Part shown: positions 49,970 to 60,624 of the stretch, piece by piece
Position numbering within the stretch: position 1 is the first letter of the stretch
Layout of the letters: each line of letters begins with the position of its first letter
Assembly (NCBI GenBank): GCA_044375625.1
Contig: JBILMH010000001.1
Location: 8,667 to 72,666 of the forward strand
DNA from: Alphaproteobacteria bacterium
GTDB lineage: Bacteria > Pseudomonadota > Alphaproteobacteria > CAISOG01
Reading direction: 5' to 3'
Length of the DNA: 64,000 nucleotides
Made by a program: the position numbers and the translations under genes
Notes under the pieces: generated by a model
Database searches by the model: none
What the model was told of the DNA's origin: nothing
What the model saw: the letters and a program-made list of their open reading frames with translations, nothing else

Positions 49970-52450
49970 CTAAATTGTGGTCACAAAGCTGGCCATGACT
50001 TTTTTGTGGCCGATGCGGTCAAAACGCACCTCAAGCTTGGTGCCATCGACCGCCGTTATCGTGCCATCGCCAAACATCTTGTGGCGAACACGGCTGCCGA
50101 TCCCGATGCCGTTCACACTGCCCGAAATGGTGCCCGAAATGGTTCCAGAGACAGCGTTTGCGCTAGCTACCCGCCGCATGGGGGGTGGTTGCGGGGGTGT
50201 GTAAGTGTTGTCGCGGTTTTGGATCAGCAATTGGCGGGCATAGGATTGCGGTTCAGCGCTGGGTTTGCCAGCCGCACCCGCACCACTTCTACCAGTGCTG
50301 CCACCCCGACCCCAACCGCCGCCGCTATTGCCGCCACCGCCTCCGCCACCATAGGATGAACGTCCCCATCCACCTGATCCGCCGCTGCCCCGATAGCCGC
50401 TAAGCTGGCCTGCCTGCCCGCCTTGGCCACTATTAAAGCTTTGACGCCGTTCTAACAGCTGTGGGGGTAGCTCATCCAAAAAGCGTGAGGGTGCATTTTG
50501 TTGCCACTGGCCATGCACGCGGCGGTTGGCGGCGTGACAGATGGTCAGGGATTTTTTGGCGCGGGTAATGCCGACATAGGCTAAGCGCCGCTCCTCCTCC
50601 AACCCCGCCGGCCCGGTTTCGTCCAGGGCTTTTTGGTGGGGGAACAACCCCTCCTCCCACCCGGGCAGAAAGACGGTGTTGTATTCCAACCCCTTGGCGG
50701 CGTGCAGGGTCATGATGGTCACCATATCCTCAGCATTTTCACTGGCGGCATCCATGACCAGGGCAATATGCTCCAAAAAGCCCGCGATACTGTCAAAGGC
50801 CTCAATCGCGCGCAGCAGTTCTTTCAGGTTTTCCAATCGACCTGCCGCGTCGGGGGCGGGATCGGCCTTCCACATGGCGGTGTAGCCCGATTCATCCAGG
50901 ATTAGCCCCGTCAGCTCAGCGGGCGGCATGGTGGTCAGCAGGCTGCGCCAACGGGCGATATCGCGCACAAAATCTCCCAAAGCCTTACGGGCGGCGGGGC
51001 GAAGCTCATCGGTATCCATCAGCTTTGTTGCGGCGGCCAGCAGCGGCATATCCATCATGCGGGCACTTTGGTTTAGCAGTTGCAGCGACGCCTCCCCCAA
51101 CCCGCGCTTAGGCTGGTTAATGATGCGCTCAAAGGCCATGTCATCGGATGGTTGTACCACCAGCCGCAGATAGGCTAGGGCGTCTCGCACCTCCGCCCGT
51201 TCATAGAATCGGGGGCCGCCAATCACGCGATAGGGCAGGCCGATGCTGAGAAAGCGTTCCTCAAAACTGCGGGTCTGAAAGCCTGCCCGTACCAGGATGG
51301 CGGTATCGCCTAACATCTGCCCCTCACGGCGCAGCATTTCGATTTGGTCGCTGATACTCCGCGCCTCCTCCTCATCATCCCACAAATGCCAAACCGCGAT
51401 CGGCGTGCCGGTGGCAGCCTCCGTCCACAGGGTTTTGCCCAGGCGGCCTTCGTTGTTGGCAATCAGGCTGGTGGCGGCTTTTAGAATTTCGGGGGTGGAG
51501 CGATAGTTTTGCTCTAACCGAATGACGGTGGCGCCAGGAAAATCCTCCTCAAAGCGCAGGATGTTGCCCACCTCCGCTCCGCGCCAGCTGTAGATCGACT
51601 GGTCATCATCGCCAACACAGCACAGGTTGCGGTGATTTTGTGCCAACAACCGCAGCCACAGATATTGGGAAACGTTGGTGTCCTGATACTCATCCACCAA
51701 AATATAGCGAAATTGTTCTTGGTAAGATGCCAACACCTCAGGCTGGGTTTTGAACAGATGCAGGCATAATAAGATTAGGTCGCCAAAGTCGCAGGCGTTC
51801 AGGCTTTGCAGGCGGGCTTGATATTCCGTGTACAGATCCCGAATACGTTGATACACCGCGCTGCCCAAATCGGTACTGCTTAGCTGATTGGGCAACAGGC
51901 CACGATCTTTCCATCGTTGAATGGTGGCGGCAATCATCCGCGGTGGATAACGCTTTTCGTCCAGCCCATAGGCGGGCAGCAATTTTTTGATCAGGCGCAA
52001 CTGGTCATCGGCATCCAAAATCGTAAAGCTGGGGGTCAGCCCGACGGCCTCAGCATGTTTGCGCAAAATCCGCACGCACAGGCTGTGAAAGGTGCCCAGC
52101 CAAAGGCTTTCGGCCACCGACCCCACCAAGTGGGTCATCCGTTCGCGCATTTCCCGCGCCGCCTTATTGGTAAAGGTCACCGCCAACACCTGATTGGCGA
52201 ACGCCCGCCGTGACAGCAGGATGTGGGCAATGCGGCTGGTCAACACCTTGGTCTTGCCCGTTCCCGCGCCTGCCAGCACCAGCACGGGGCCATCGACAGC
52301 CTCCACAGCTTGCCGTTGAGGGGTGTTCAGACCGACCAGGTGGCTTGGCGACGCGCCCCCCGTCTGCGGCTGTAAGGGGGGATTACTATGGTCGTGGGGA
52401 AGGGCGTTCATCATGCAGCGGATTGTGCCGCCATTACCAACAGCATGCAA
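49970..52450 (-). CDS. uvrD: UvrD/Rep-family DNA helicase II with long Gly/Arg/Trp-rich low-complexity linker before the C-terminal Tudor-like domain
   Basis: Walker A LAGAGTGKTKVLT and the UvrD helicase motifs. C-terminus …GSGGSGGWGRSSYGGGGGGGNSGGGWGRGG…TISGTISG…, then a UvrD_C_2-like end (…MFGDGTITAV…). Confidence 0.9.
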   Translation of the reverse strand: MHAVGNGGTIRCMMNALPHDHSNPPLQPQTGGASPSHLVGLNTPQRQAVEAVDGPVLVLAGAGTGKTKVLTSRIAHILLSRRAFANQVLAVTFTNKAAREMRERMTHLVGSVAESLWLGTFHSLCVRILRKHAEAVGLTPSFTILDADDQLRLIKKLLPAYGLDEKRYPPRMIAATIQRWKDRGLLPNQLSSTDLGSAVYQRIRDLYTEYQARLQSLNACDFGDLILLCLHLFKTQPEVLASYQEQFRYILVDEYQDTNVSQYLWLRLLAQNHRNLCCVGDDDQSIYSWRGAEVGNILRFEEDFPGATVIRLEQNYRSTPEILKAATSLIANNEGRLGKTLWTEAATGTPIAVWHLWDDEEEARSISDQIEMLRREGQMLGDTAILVRAGFQTRSFEERFLSIGLPYRVIGGPRFYERAEVRDALAYLRLVVQPSDDMAFERIINQPKRGLGEASLQLLNQSARMMDMPLLAAATKLMDTDELRPAARKALGDFVRDIARWRSLLTTMPPAELTGLILDESGYTAMWKADPAPDAAGRLENLKELLRAIEAFDSIAGFLEHIALVMDAASENAEDMVTIMTLHAAKGLEYNTVFLPGWEEGLFPHQKALDETGPAGLEEERRLAYVGITRAKKSLTICHAANRRVHGQWQQNAPSRFLDELPPQLLERRQSFNSGQGGQAGQLSGYRGSGGSGGWGRSSYGGGGGGGNSGGGWGRGGSTGRSGAGAAGKPSAEPQSYARQLLIQNRDNTYTPPQPPPMRRVASANAVSGTISGTISGSVNGIGIGSRVRHKMFGDGTITAVDGTKLEVRFDRIGHKKVMASFVTTI

Positions 52451-52542
52451 GCATGATTTGGCCGTCGTTTTATCGTTGCCTTTTATGGGATTACAGGATT
52501 ACGCTCGCTACATAGCCTGATGCTTACTAACGGAGAAAATTC

Positions 52543-53271
52543 ATGCGCCAATCCTCTTTTGTTTTTGCCCTGGTTTTAGCGGTTTTTCTGCCCGTTGCTT
52601 CCGCTATGGCGGATGAACATGGTCATGAACCGCGAACGATTAACACCACCGGCACCTGCAGTAAGGTGGTGGTTCCTGACCGCGGCCGCCTGCAACTGAC
52701 CGCGGTGGTGGATGATAAAGATTTAAAAACGGCCAGCACTAAGGCAAAGGATCAGTATGAAAAATTGCGCACCGATATCATCGGCATGAAGCTGCCCGAT
52801 GGAGAGCTAACGACCAGTGAATATGTGGTGCAAGAACAATCGGATTATCAAGGTGGCCAGCGCATTAAGCGCGGTTATCAGGCGCGTTTCGGCTTGTCCG
52901 TTGTAACGTCTGACTTGTCACGTTTGGGCGATATTATTGAGATGGGGGCTAAGAACAACATCCCTGAAGTTAGTCAGCTGCAGTTGTTTCTTTCCACCGC
53001 AAAAGCTAAAGAGGCCGAACGATCCTGCTTGGCGGATGCGGCGGTGGATGCGCGGGAAAAAGCCAGCAAACTGGCGGCGGGTATTGGGGTTAAGCTGGGC
53101 GCGTTGCAACGGTTGGATGCATCAGGCGGTTACGCAGTGCCGCCTCCCCCTTTTCCACAGCCAAGAATGCGCGCTATGGTTGCTGGAAGTGATGCGGTAG
53201 CATCGCCAACGGTTGAGGCGGGGCGCCAAACCATTGATGTGACCGTTAATGCCGCTTTTTTGGTAGAGTGA
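52543..53271 (+). CDS. SIMPL-domain (DUF541, BP26/Omp28-like) periplasmic protein
   Basis: Signal peptide plus the pattern …SQLQLFLSTAKAKEAERSCLADAAVDAREKASKLAAGIGVKLGAL…, typical of the SIMPL family. Confidence 0.7.
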   Translation: MRQSSFVFALVLAVFLPVASAMADEHGHEPRTINTTGTCSKVVVPDRGRLQLTAVVDDKDLKTASTKAKDQYEKLRTDIIGMKLPDGELTTSEYVVQEQSDYQGGQRIKRGYQARFGLSVVTSDLSRLGDIIEMGAKNNIPEVSQLQLFLSTAKAKEAERSCLADAAVDAREKASKLAAGIGVKLGALQRLDASGGYAVPPPPFPQPRMRAMVAGSDAVASPTVEAGRQTIDVTVNAAFLVE

Positions 53272-53352
53272 ATCTATAAGAACAAACAAATGAGCCGGCT
53301 TATAAGCTGATAAAGATTTATTAACCCTATAGACCCTACAATGAATCGTTGA

Positions 53353-54723
53353 TTGTTGCTGGGGAAATCGATGGCTGGTTCAAAACATTCGGTGTCGTCA
53401 AAAGAACTGATAGCACAGATTCTTAGCCATAACAGTTGGCTTGCAGGGCGGGCAGGATCCAGAGCCAATCTGTCGTTGATGGATCTAAGTGGTTTGGGGC
53501 TAAGTTCCATCAACCTTAGTCAGGCTAAGATGGATGGCGCCAACCTGACCAGCGCGCTGTTGGTGGAAACCAACCTTAGCCAGGCCGATTTGTTTGCATC
53601 GAATCTAACAGGCTGTGATCTTAGGCAGGCAAAATTGGTTGATACCAATCTGCGTGGCGCCGTGTTGTATAAGGCGGATCTTCGCCGGGCGGATCTAACG
53701 CGGATAGATTTGCGTCCAGGAGCTTTTTTAACCCATTTTTCTAAAAAACAGGCAGCGAAGGAGAAACCCTCAGCATCGAACAAAATTTCTGAACCCGTTG
53801 CGAATTTGCAGCGGGCAAAGCTGGATGATGCCCTGATGGTTGATGCTTTGCTTTGTTACGCCGATTTTAACGGCGCATCGTTGCAGCGTATCAATTTAAC
53901 TGGTGCTGATTTAACCGGTGCAGACCTTAGCAATGCTGACCTTACGGGTGCCTGTTTGCGTAACGTCAAATTGGCTCAAGCCCGCATTCATAATACGATT
54001 CTGCGTAACGCCGACCTTACAGGCGTGCTGATATCCGATGAACAGCTACAAGCGATGGATCTTTTTGGCGCTTATGCAAGATTGCCTGTAGTGGGTAAAC
54101 AATTGGCTGTCGAAGAATCGGATGTCGATATTTCAGAAAAAATTCTTCGTAGCCTAAGCGTGAATTTGCAAGATTGTATTAGGCAGCATGAGCAATGGGT
54201 TCAGTCGGGGGGTGTGCATGGCAAGCGTGCTGATCTTTCTAACCAAAACCTTCAGGCACTTAGATTGGATTCATTGAATTTAACAGGTGCAAAGCTGGCC
54301 AATTGCCAATTGCAATCTGCCAGTTTGGTTAAAGCCGTCTTAACCATTGCCGATCTGCGCGGAGCTGTTTTGTGTGATGCCGTGCTGGAGGATGCGATGC
54401 TGGAGGGCAGCAATTTATCGGGCGCGAATCTTAAGGGGGCAAATCTTAAGGGGGCGCGCCTAGCCAGCAATGCCCATCGGGCAACCAACCTTTCCAACGC
54501 CAATTTGCAGCATGCGGATTTAAGCGGCGCTGACCTTAGTCATACCAATTTAAGAAATGCCGATCTTCGCAATACCAATTTGGCGCGCACCAATTTGTCG
54601 GGTGCAGACCTTAGTGATGCAAACCTTAGCGATACATTGTTGGATAAAGCGGTTTTGAATGGCGCCATTCTGGACAATGCCAAATTTGGTCTTAGTGAAT
54701 CCATGGCCGCCATCATCAGCTAA
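53353..54723 (+). CDS. pentapeptide-repeat protein (456 aa), paralog of 17759..19039
   Basis: Extensive A(D/N)LxxxNLxGA repeats and a central linker HEQWVQSGGVHGKRADL resembling the HVQWIDSQGAKGQRA linker of the other copy. GC is lower than the flanks. Confidence 0.8.
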   Translation: MLLGKSMAGSKHSVSSKELIAQILSHNSWLAGRAGSRANLSLMDLSGLGLSSINLSQAKMDGANLTSALLVETNLSQADLFASNLTGCDLRQAKLVDTNLRGAVLYKADLRRADLTRIDLRPGAFLTHFSKKQAAKEKPSASNKISEPVANLQRAKLDDALMVDALLCYADFNGASLQRINLTGADLTGADLSNADLTGACLRNVKLAQARIHNTILRNADLTGVLISDEQLQAMDLFGAYARLPVVGKQLAVEESDVDISEKILRSLSVNLQDCIRQHEQWVQSGGVHGKRADLSNQNLQALRLDSLNLTGAKLANCQLQSASLVKAVLTIADLRGAVLCDAVLEDAMLEGSNLSGANLKGANLKGARLASNAHRATNLSNANLQHADLSGADLSHTNLRNADLRNTNLARTNLSGADLSDANLSDTLLDKAVLNGAILDNAKFGLSESMAAIIS

Positions 54724-54814
54724 CTTTCTTTCTTAATTCTTCCTTAACAGACATATTCGATTGTATAAGACTAACAATCTGCCAGCCAACCTGCTAAGCC
54801 TATGAGAAGGTCAC

Positions 54815-56032
54815 ATGCCACAAGAATTTAAAAAAATTAAGGTTCTTTCGCCCGTTGTTGAGATTGATGGGGACGAAATGACCCGCATTATCTGGGCGAT
54901 GATTAAAGAGAAATTGATCCTGCCCTTTCTGGACATTGATTTGCGCTATTATGATTTGAGCATCGAAAACCGTGATGCCACCGATGATCGGGTGACGGTG
55001 GAGTCTGCCGAAGCGACCAAACAATATGGAGTTGGCATTAAGTGTGCAACCATCACTCCGGATGAGGCGCGGGTTAAGGAATTTGACCTGAAGCAAATGT
55101 GGAAATCGCCCAACGGTACCATTCGCAACATCCTGGGGGGAACCGTTTTTCGCGAGCCCATTATCTGCCGAAACATTCCGCGTTTAGTTTCAAGCTGGAC
55201 TAAGCCGATTGTTATCGCCCGTCATGCTTTTGGTGATCAGTACCGCGCGACGGAGTTTCGGATTCCTGGCCCCGGCAAAATGAAGTTGGTTTTTGAACCA
55301 GCCGACGGCGGTACGGTTCACACCGACTTAGTCTTTGATTTTCCAGGGCGGGGCGTCGGTATGGCGATGTACAATTTGGATGAATCGATTACTGGCTTTG
55401 CCCGCGCCGTGTTTAACTTTGCCCTAAGCGGTAAAAAGCCCGTTTACCTTTCCACCAAAAATACCATTCTGAAAACCTATGACGGTGATTTTAAAGATAT
55501 TTTTGAAAAAGTTTTCCAGGAAGAGTTCAAAGAAGAATTTGAGCTGGTGGGATTAACCTATGAACACCGCCTAATCGACGATATGGTGGCCAGCGCCCTG
55601 AAGTGGGAGGGTGGCTTTGTCTGGGCATGCAAAAACTATGATGGTGATGTGCAAAGCGATGTGGTGGCGCAGGGGTTTGGATCGTTGGGTCTGATGACCT
55701 CTATCCTGCTGACCGCCGATGGAAAAACGGTGGAAACTGAGGCGGCGCACGGAACGGTTACCCGACACTATCGCATGTTTCAGCAGGGTAAGCCAACCTC
55801 AACCAACCCGATTGCTAGCATTTTTGCCTGGACGCGCGGCCTGTGGTATCGGGCGCAGTTTGATCAGACCCCTGAGCTGGCCAGCTTTGCCGAAAAGCTG
55901 GAGCAGGTTTGCATCAATACTGTTGAGGCGGGTTTTATGACCAAGGATCTTGCCTTGCTGGTCGGATCAGAGCAACCGTATCTTAACACCGAAGCCTTTA
56001 TTGATAAGTTGGCTGAGGGGATGAAAGCTTAA
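54815..56032 (+). CDS. icd: NADP-dependent isocitrate dehydrogenase (homodimeric, eukaryote-like subfamily)
   Basis: …[21 protein letters not shown]…[20 protein letters not shown]…; ~405 aa. Confidence 0.9.
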   Translation: MPQEFKKIKVLSPVVEIDGDEMTRIIWAMIKEKLILPFLDIDLRYYDLSIENRDATDDRVTVESAEATKQYGVGIKCATITPDEARVKEFDLKQMWKSPNGTIRNILGGTVFREPIICRNIPRLVSSWTKPIVIARHAFGDQYRATEFRIPGPGKMKLVFEPADGGTVHTDLVFDFPGRGVGMAMYNLDESITGFARAVFNFALSGKKPVYLSTKNTILKTYDGDFKDIFEKVFQEEFKEEFELVGLTYEHRLIDDMVASALKWEGGFVWACKNYDGDVQSDVVAQGFGSLGLMTSILLTADGKTVETEAAHGTVTRHYRMFQQGKPTSTNPIASIFAWTRGLWYRAQFDQTPELASFAEKLEQVCINTVEAGFMTKDLALLVGSEQPYLNTEAFIDKLAEGMKA

Positions 56033-56154
56033 AAACTTAAAAGCCAATAGAGCTTTGCAAAAATGGCCGCTTGGAATCACCATTTTGAATCATATAACCT
56101 GGGGGTTGCATGATTTTTAGGCGAAGCCAAGCGGCCTAGGTATAAGCCCATCAA

Positions 56155-57585
56155 TTAGGCGGTAAAATATTGCTCAAACTCGACCGGGTGGGTGGTATGC
56201 TCCAGACGGTAAACTTCCTGCATTTTCAGCTCAATAAAGGCATCGATCATGTCATTGTCGAACACGCCGCCAGCGGTCAGGAATGCACGATCCTGATCCA
56301 ACGCCTCCAGGGCTTCACGCAGGCTGCCACAGACGGCCGGCATCTTTTTTAGATCTTCAGCAGGCAGATCGTACAAGTTTTTGTCTATGGCCGCGCCCGG
56401 ATGAATTTTGTTTTTGATCCCATCCAATCCCGCCATCAACATGGCCGAAAAGGCCAGATAGGGGTTGGCGGTGGGGTCGGGGAATCGCACCTCAATCCGC
56501 TTGCCATTGGGCGAATTCACGAACGGAATGCGAATGCTGGCCGAACGGTTGCGGCTGCTATAGGCCAACAACACAGGGGCTTCAAAGCCTGGAATCAGGC
56601 GTTTGTAGCTGTTGGTGCTGGGGTTGGTAAAGGCGTTCAGGGCGCGGGCATGTTTGATAATGCCGCCGATGTAGTACAGGGCATTTTCGGAAAGACCCGC
56701 ATATTCATCCCCCGCGAACAGGGGCTTACCACCCTTCCAGATGGATTGGTGGCAGTGCATGCCCGAACCGTTATCGCCAACCACAGGTTTGGGCATAAAG
56801 GTGGCGGACAGGCCATATTGATGCGCAACCATTTGGACAACATATTTGTATTTGACCATCGTATCAGCCATGTTCAGCAGGGTGCCAAATTTGACGCCCA
56901 ATTCATGCTGGGCAATCGCCACCTCATGGTGATGCTTTTCGACTTCCACGCCCATATCGGCCAAGGTTGACAGCATTTCCGCACGCAGATCTGACCCCTG
57001 ATCCATGGGGGCTACGGGGAAATAACCCCCCTTATTGGGGATACGAAAGCCGCTGACCCCCTCTGGGAACAATTTGTCGCCCTCAAATTCGGCATCAAAA
57101 AGGCCTTCATCGCTGCGGACGCTATAAAAGCTGGTGGTAGCAGAATTTTTGTAGCGCACATCGCGGAAGACAAAAAATTCAGCCTCTGGCCCAAAATAGG
57201 CGGTGTCGCCAATGCCACTTTCTTTTAGATAGGCTTCGGCACGGCGGGCAATGCCGCGTGGGTCGCGGTTATAGGGCTTGCCTGTAGAGGGTTCCAGCAC
57301 ATCGCAGAACAGCACCAGGATGGTGTGATCCGCGCTGAATGGATCAATCACCGCGCTGGCCAAATCAGGCTTCAGCAGCATGTCGGATTCTTCAATGCCT
57401 TTCCATCCTGCGATAGAGGATCCGTCAAACATAATGCCTTCATTCAGCAGGGCTTCATCAATCGTGCAGACCGCCTGATCGGTATGCTGCCATTTGCCGG
57501 CGGGGTTGACGAAACGAAAGCTGACGTATTGCACGCCATGCTCTTTGATCATCGATAAGATTTTTTTGGTGTCGCTCATTGTCAT
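56155..57585 (-). CDS. glnA: glutamine synthetase type I
   Basis: …[24 protein letters not shown]… N-terminus, the catalytic region (…[16 protein letters not shown]…) and the adenylylation-loop region. Confidence 0.9.
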   Translation of the reverse strand: MTMSDTKKILSMIKEHGVQYVSFRFVNPAGKWQHTDQAVCTIDEALLNEGIMFDGSSIAGWKGIEESDMLLKPDLASAVIDPFSADHTILVLFCDVLEPSTGKPYNRDPRGIARRAEAYLKESGIGDTAYFGPEAEFFVFRDVRYKNSATTSFYSVRSDEGLFDAEFEGDKLFPEGVSGFRIPNKGGYFPVAPMDQGSDLRAEMLSTLADMGVEVEKHHHEVAIAQHELGVKFGTLLNMADTMVKYKYVVQMVAHQYGLSATFMPKPVVGDNGSGMHCHQSIWKGGKPLFAGDEYAGLSENALYYIGGIIKHARALNAFTNPSTNSYKRLIPGFEAPVLLAYSSRNRSASIRIPFVNSPNGKRIEVRFPDPTANPYLAFSAMLMAGLDGIKNKIHPGAAIDKNLYDLPAEDLKKMPAVCGSLREALEALDQDRAFLTAGGVFDNDMIDAFIELKMQEVYRLEHTTHPVEFEQYFTA

Positions 57586-57744
57586 AAATCCTTGACAGTA
57601 ATAGGGGTTGGGGCACACAAGAGAGATATCTATCGCACGTCGCAGGTGGTATCGCAAGCACCATTTTGTAAAGTCATTTTTATATTTTTTGTTTTCCAAT
57701 AAAATTAAAATAAAATTATCTATTTACCGGTGTAAAAGTAGCTT

Positions 57745-58860
57745 ATGGAAAAAATTTGGAATAAAATTACAAAAGCGGGCAATCCAGGGCGTGCTTATGC
57801 CTTTGTGCTGCCGCTGTTGCGGCAATTGCCGCCTGAGGCCGCGCATCACCTGTCGCTAAAGCTTATCGGGATGGTGCCCTGGTCGATGCTGCCGATAAAT
57901 CAACCAGAAAAAAATGCCCGTTTTGATTGCCTGGGATTATCCTTTCCCAATCGGGTGGGGTTGGCCGCGGGGTTCAGTAAGAATGCCGAAGCCCTAACAG
58001 GCCTATTCGCCCTGGGTTTTGGCTTTGTGGAAATTGGTTCCGTTACCCCACGGCCGCAACCTGGCAACCCAAAGCCACGGGTGTTTCGCCTGCCCAAGGA
58101 TCACGGCCTAATCAACCGTTACGGCTTTAACAGCCAGGGGCATGATGTCGTGTATCGCCGTCTGGCCAATTGGCGCGATGCGGCGGCCAAGCGGGGTTTT
58201 GGTGGCATTGTTGGGGTTAATTTGGGCAAGAATAAAGACAGTGAGGGGGAACGGGCGCTGCGCGACTATGCCGACGGGGTAAAATTGTTTGCAGGCCTAG
58301 CCGATTATTTGGTGATCAATATATCCTCCCCCAATACCCCTGGTCTGCGCGCTTGGCAGGCGAAAGCCGCCCTGCAACCGCTGTTGGCCAGCGTGCTGGC
58401 GGCGCGGGCTCAGGCGGCTAGCAAGCCCCCGCTGCTGCTGAAAATTGCCCCCGACCTAACGTTGCCCGAGTTGGCCGAATTGGTTGAGCTGTCGTTGGAG
58501 CTGAATATCGATGGGTTGATTGTTGGGAATACCACCATCAGTCGTCCAGAGGGGCTGCATGCGGTGCCCGCAACCCTGGCGCAACAGGGGGGGCTGAGCG
58601 GTGCACCGCTGATGCCGTTATCGACGCAAATACTGGCCGCTGCCCGCCGTATGGCTGGGGCAAAGTTACCGATTATTGGGGTGGGGGGCATCAGCAGCGC
58701 CGCCGATGCCGCCACCAAATTTGATGCGGGTGCCACCCTGATTCAGCTGTACACAGGGCTTATCTATAACGCTGGCCTGCTGCCCGCATTACTGGCGCAG
58801 GATAAGGCGGCTATAGCCCCGCTAGCCAATCGCGCAGCTGGCCATACAAATCGCGCTTAA
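57745..58860 (+). CDS. pyrD: dihydroorotate dehydrogenase (quinone), class 2
   Basis: N-terminal membrane-association helix (…AYAFVLPLLRQLPPEAAHHLSLK…) and the FMN-binding core (…GFGFVEIGSVTPRPQPGNPKPR…). Confidence 0.85.
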   Translation: MEKIWNKITKAGNPGRAYAFVLPLLRQLPPEAAHHLSLKLIGMVPWSMLPINQPEKNARFDCLGLSFPNRVGLAAGFSKNAEALTGLFALGFGFVEIGSVTPRPQPGNPKPRVFRLPKDHGLINRYGFNSQGHDVVYRRLANWRDAAAKRGFGGIVGVNLGKNKDSEGERALRDYADGVKLFAGLADYLVINISSPNTPGLRAWQAKAALQPLLASVLAARAQAASKPPLLLKIAPDLTLPELAELVELSLELNIDGLIVGNTTISRPEGLHAVPATLAQQGGLSGAPLMPLSTQILAAARRMAGAKLPIIGVGGISSAADAATKFDAGATLIQLYTGLIYNAGLLPALLAQDKAAIAPLANRAAGHTNRA

Positions 58861-59359
58861 ACGCCACGATAATGTCGGGCAGCGTATCAATGTTTTGCCA
58901 ACGCCAGGCCTGAAATTCGGCGGGGGCGGTCGTGCTGTCGTGAATAGCGATCTCATGCGGTTCGCCGATGAAATCTAGGGCAAACCAACGCTGGCATTGC
59001 CCCTGATAGCGGCTGTTCCACAATCGTCCAATCAGATCGGGTGTTAAGTCGTAATGCAGCCATTCGGGATGCATCGCCACCAATCGTGCATGGCGGGCAT
59101 CAATCCCCACCTCCTCCTTCAGCTCACGCCACAGGGCTTGCAGCGGGCTTTCGCCATCATCTAGCCCACCCTGCGGCATTTGCCAAGCCGTACTCGGCTG
59201 ATCGTTATCGTTGCGTTGGCCAACAAAGACCTGCCCAAGGTGGTTGCGAAGGGCTATGCCAACCCCCAGACGGTAGAGGTGGCCATCAATCAGCCGTTCG
59301 GCTTTGGCAATCGCCTGGTCATCAGGGTTGGCCAGCGTAGGGAATTGTGGATTGGTCAT
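58811..59359 (-). CDS. rppH: RNA pyrophosphohydrolase (Nudix) RppH
   Basis: Nudix box …WQMPQGGLDDGESPLQALWRELKEEVGI…. Confidence 0.85.
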   Translation of the reverse strand: MTNPQFPTLANPDDQAIAKAERLIDGHLYRLGVGIALRNHLGQVFVGQRNDNDQPSTAWQMPQGGLDDGESPLQALWRELKEEVGIDARHARLVAMHPEWLHYDLTPDLIGRLWNSRYQGQCQRWFALDFIGEPHEIAIHDSTTAPAEFQAWRWQNIDTLPDIIVAFKRDLYGQLRDWLAGL

Positions 59360-59397
59360 TTGGGTTTGATCAGCCAGGGCGGTTCGTGTTTGGACTT

Positions 59398-60618
59398 TTA
59401 GTGTTTTGATTTTTGGTGTTTGGACTTGTCGGAACCTGGGGCAGGCGGCTTGACGGCATTGGTTTGGGGGGGCGCCGCCTGTTCCTCAGCTGCTGTAGTA
59501 GGGGCAGGGGATGGTGCAGGTGTAGGAGAGGGTGCAGGTGTAGAAGAGGGTGATGGCGGCGCTACTGCTGCTGCTGCGGGCGGATTGTTGGCGGTGCGTT
59601 GCTCTGTTATTGCGCTAAGGGGAACCAGGGCGAAGCCGCGCTCACCAAGTTTGGCGATCCAGGCATTAAGCGGTGCCAGCAGGGCGGGGTAGGCGGGTAA
59701 GCTGATGGCGGCCGCCCCCTCCGCCTTGGCGGTGGATTCAACGCGCTGCAGCTGGCTGTTCAACGTAGCCTCATCAACGGGATGATCCAGGGCAATGGTC
59801 AATGTGGCGGTGGGCACCCCTGCCACTAAGCTGCTTTGCACTACTGAGGCCGTGGGCGTGGCCAACAGATAGCCCCGCTCACGCAGGCTGGTTAGAAGAG
59901 TTGTGGCCGCCTCGCTAGCCTGCCAAAAGGCCTCATTCGCATTGGGCATAAGCCCGACAGCCCCCTCACCCCGTTCCAGCAGCCAGTCAAGCCGCCCGAT
60001 ATTCTGCATTGCCGTTAGGTCGGCACTCAGGGCAAAGGGGCCCGCATCCTCCAACAGCTTCGATTCGCGTGGATTGGGTTGGGCGGAGCTTTGCAGGGGT
60101 AGGCTTAACACCACCTCCCGCCGTTGGCTGCGGGTAAAACCCAACCATTCCTTCAGCTGGCGACCATAGCTGGAAAATCCCAACGTCACAGCGGCGGGCA
60201 GGGATTGCAGCATCTGTTGGGTCAAATTGTGCTGCAGCCCAAGGCCGTTGACCAGCACGGCAATCTTGGGGCGCGTATCCTTTGCATCAAAGGGCGCCGC
60301 AAATTTGTGCCAGGGCAAATCGCGCTCAGCAGTGCTGTTAATTTTGGCCACCTCTTCACGGGTGCGATTAATCTCGTTAACCCCCTGTTGGATCAGCTCT
60401 GGCGGAATTTCAACCAAGGCCATGGGTATCGCCAGCTGGCGTCGCGCCAGGGTGGCATCCTTACCCATTTGAATCCAAAAAGCCGCCGCCGCCCACAGCA
60501 ACAGGTTAATCAGAATAAGCCGTTGCGGCCAACGCGCAGGATTGGGTGACCGCCTGGCTAAAGACGTATTAGCGCGTCGGCGGTTATCAGCCTTTTTGGT
60601 GTCGCCCGACATGGCCAC
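59398..60618 (-). CDS. divergent polysaccharide deacetylase family protein (YibQ-like) with Pro/Ala/Ser-rich C-terminal tail
   Basis: N-terminal TM segment and a central domain, in the position typical of the ctpA-associated divergent deacetylase in alphaproteobacteria. The C-terminus reads …PSPSSTPAPSPTPAPSPAPT…. Confidence 0.6.
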   Translation of the reverse strand: MAMSGDTKKADNRRRANTSLARRSPNPARWPQRLILINLLLWAAAAFWIQMGKDATLARRQLAIPMALVEIPPELIQQGVNEINRTREEVAKINSTAERDLPWHKFAAPFDAKDTRPKIAVLVNGLGLQHNLTQQMLQSLPAAVTLGFSSYGRQLKEWLGFTRSQRREVVLSLPLQSSAQPNPRESKLLEDAGPFALSADLTAMQNIGRLDWLLERGEGAVGLMPNANEAFWQASEAATTLLTSLRERGYLLATPTASVVQSSLVAGVPTATLTIALDHPVDEATLNSQLQRVESTAKAEGAAAISLPAYPALLAPLNAWIAKLGERGFALVPLSAITEQRTANNPPAAAAVAPPSPSSTPAPSPTPAPSPAPTTAAEEQAAPPQTNAVKPPAPGSDKSKHQKSKH

Positions 60619-60624
60619 CTGCTG

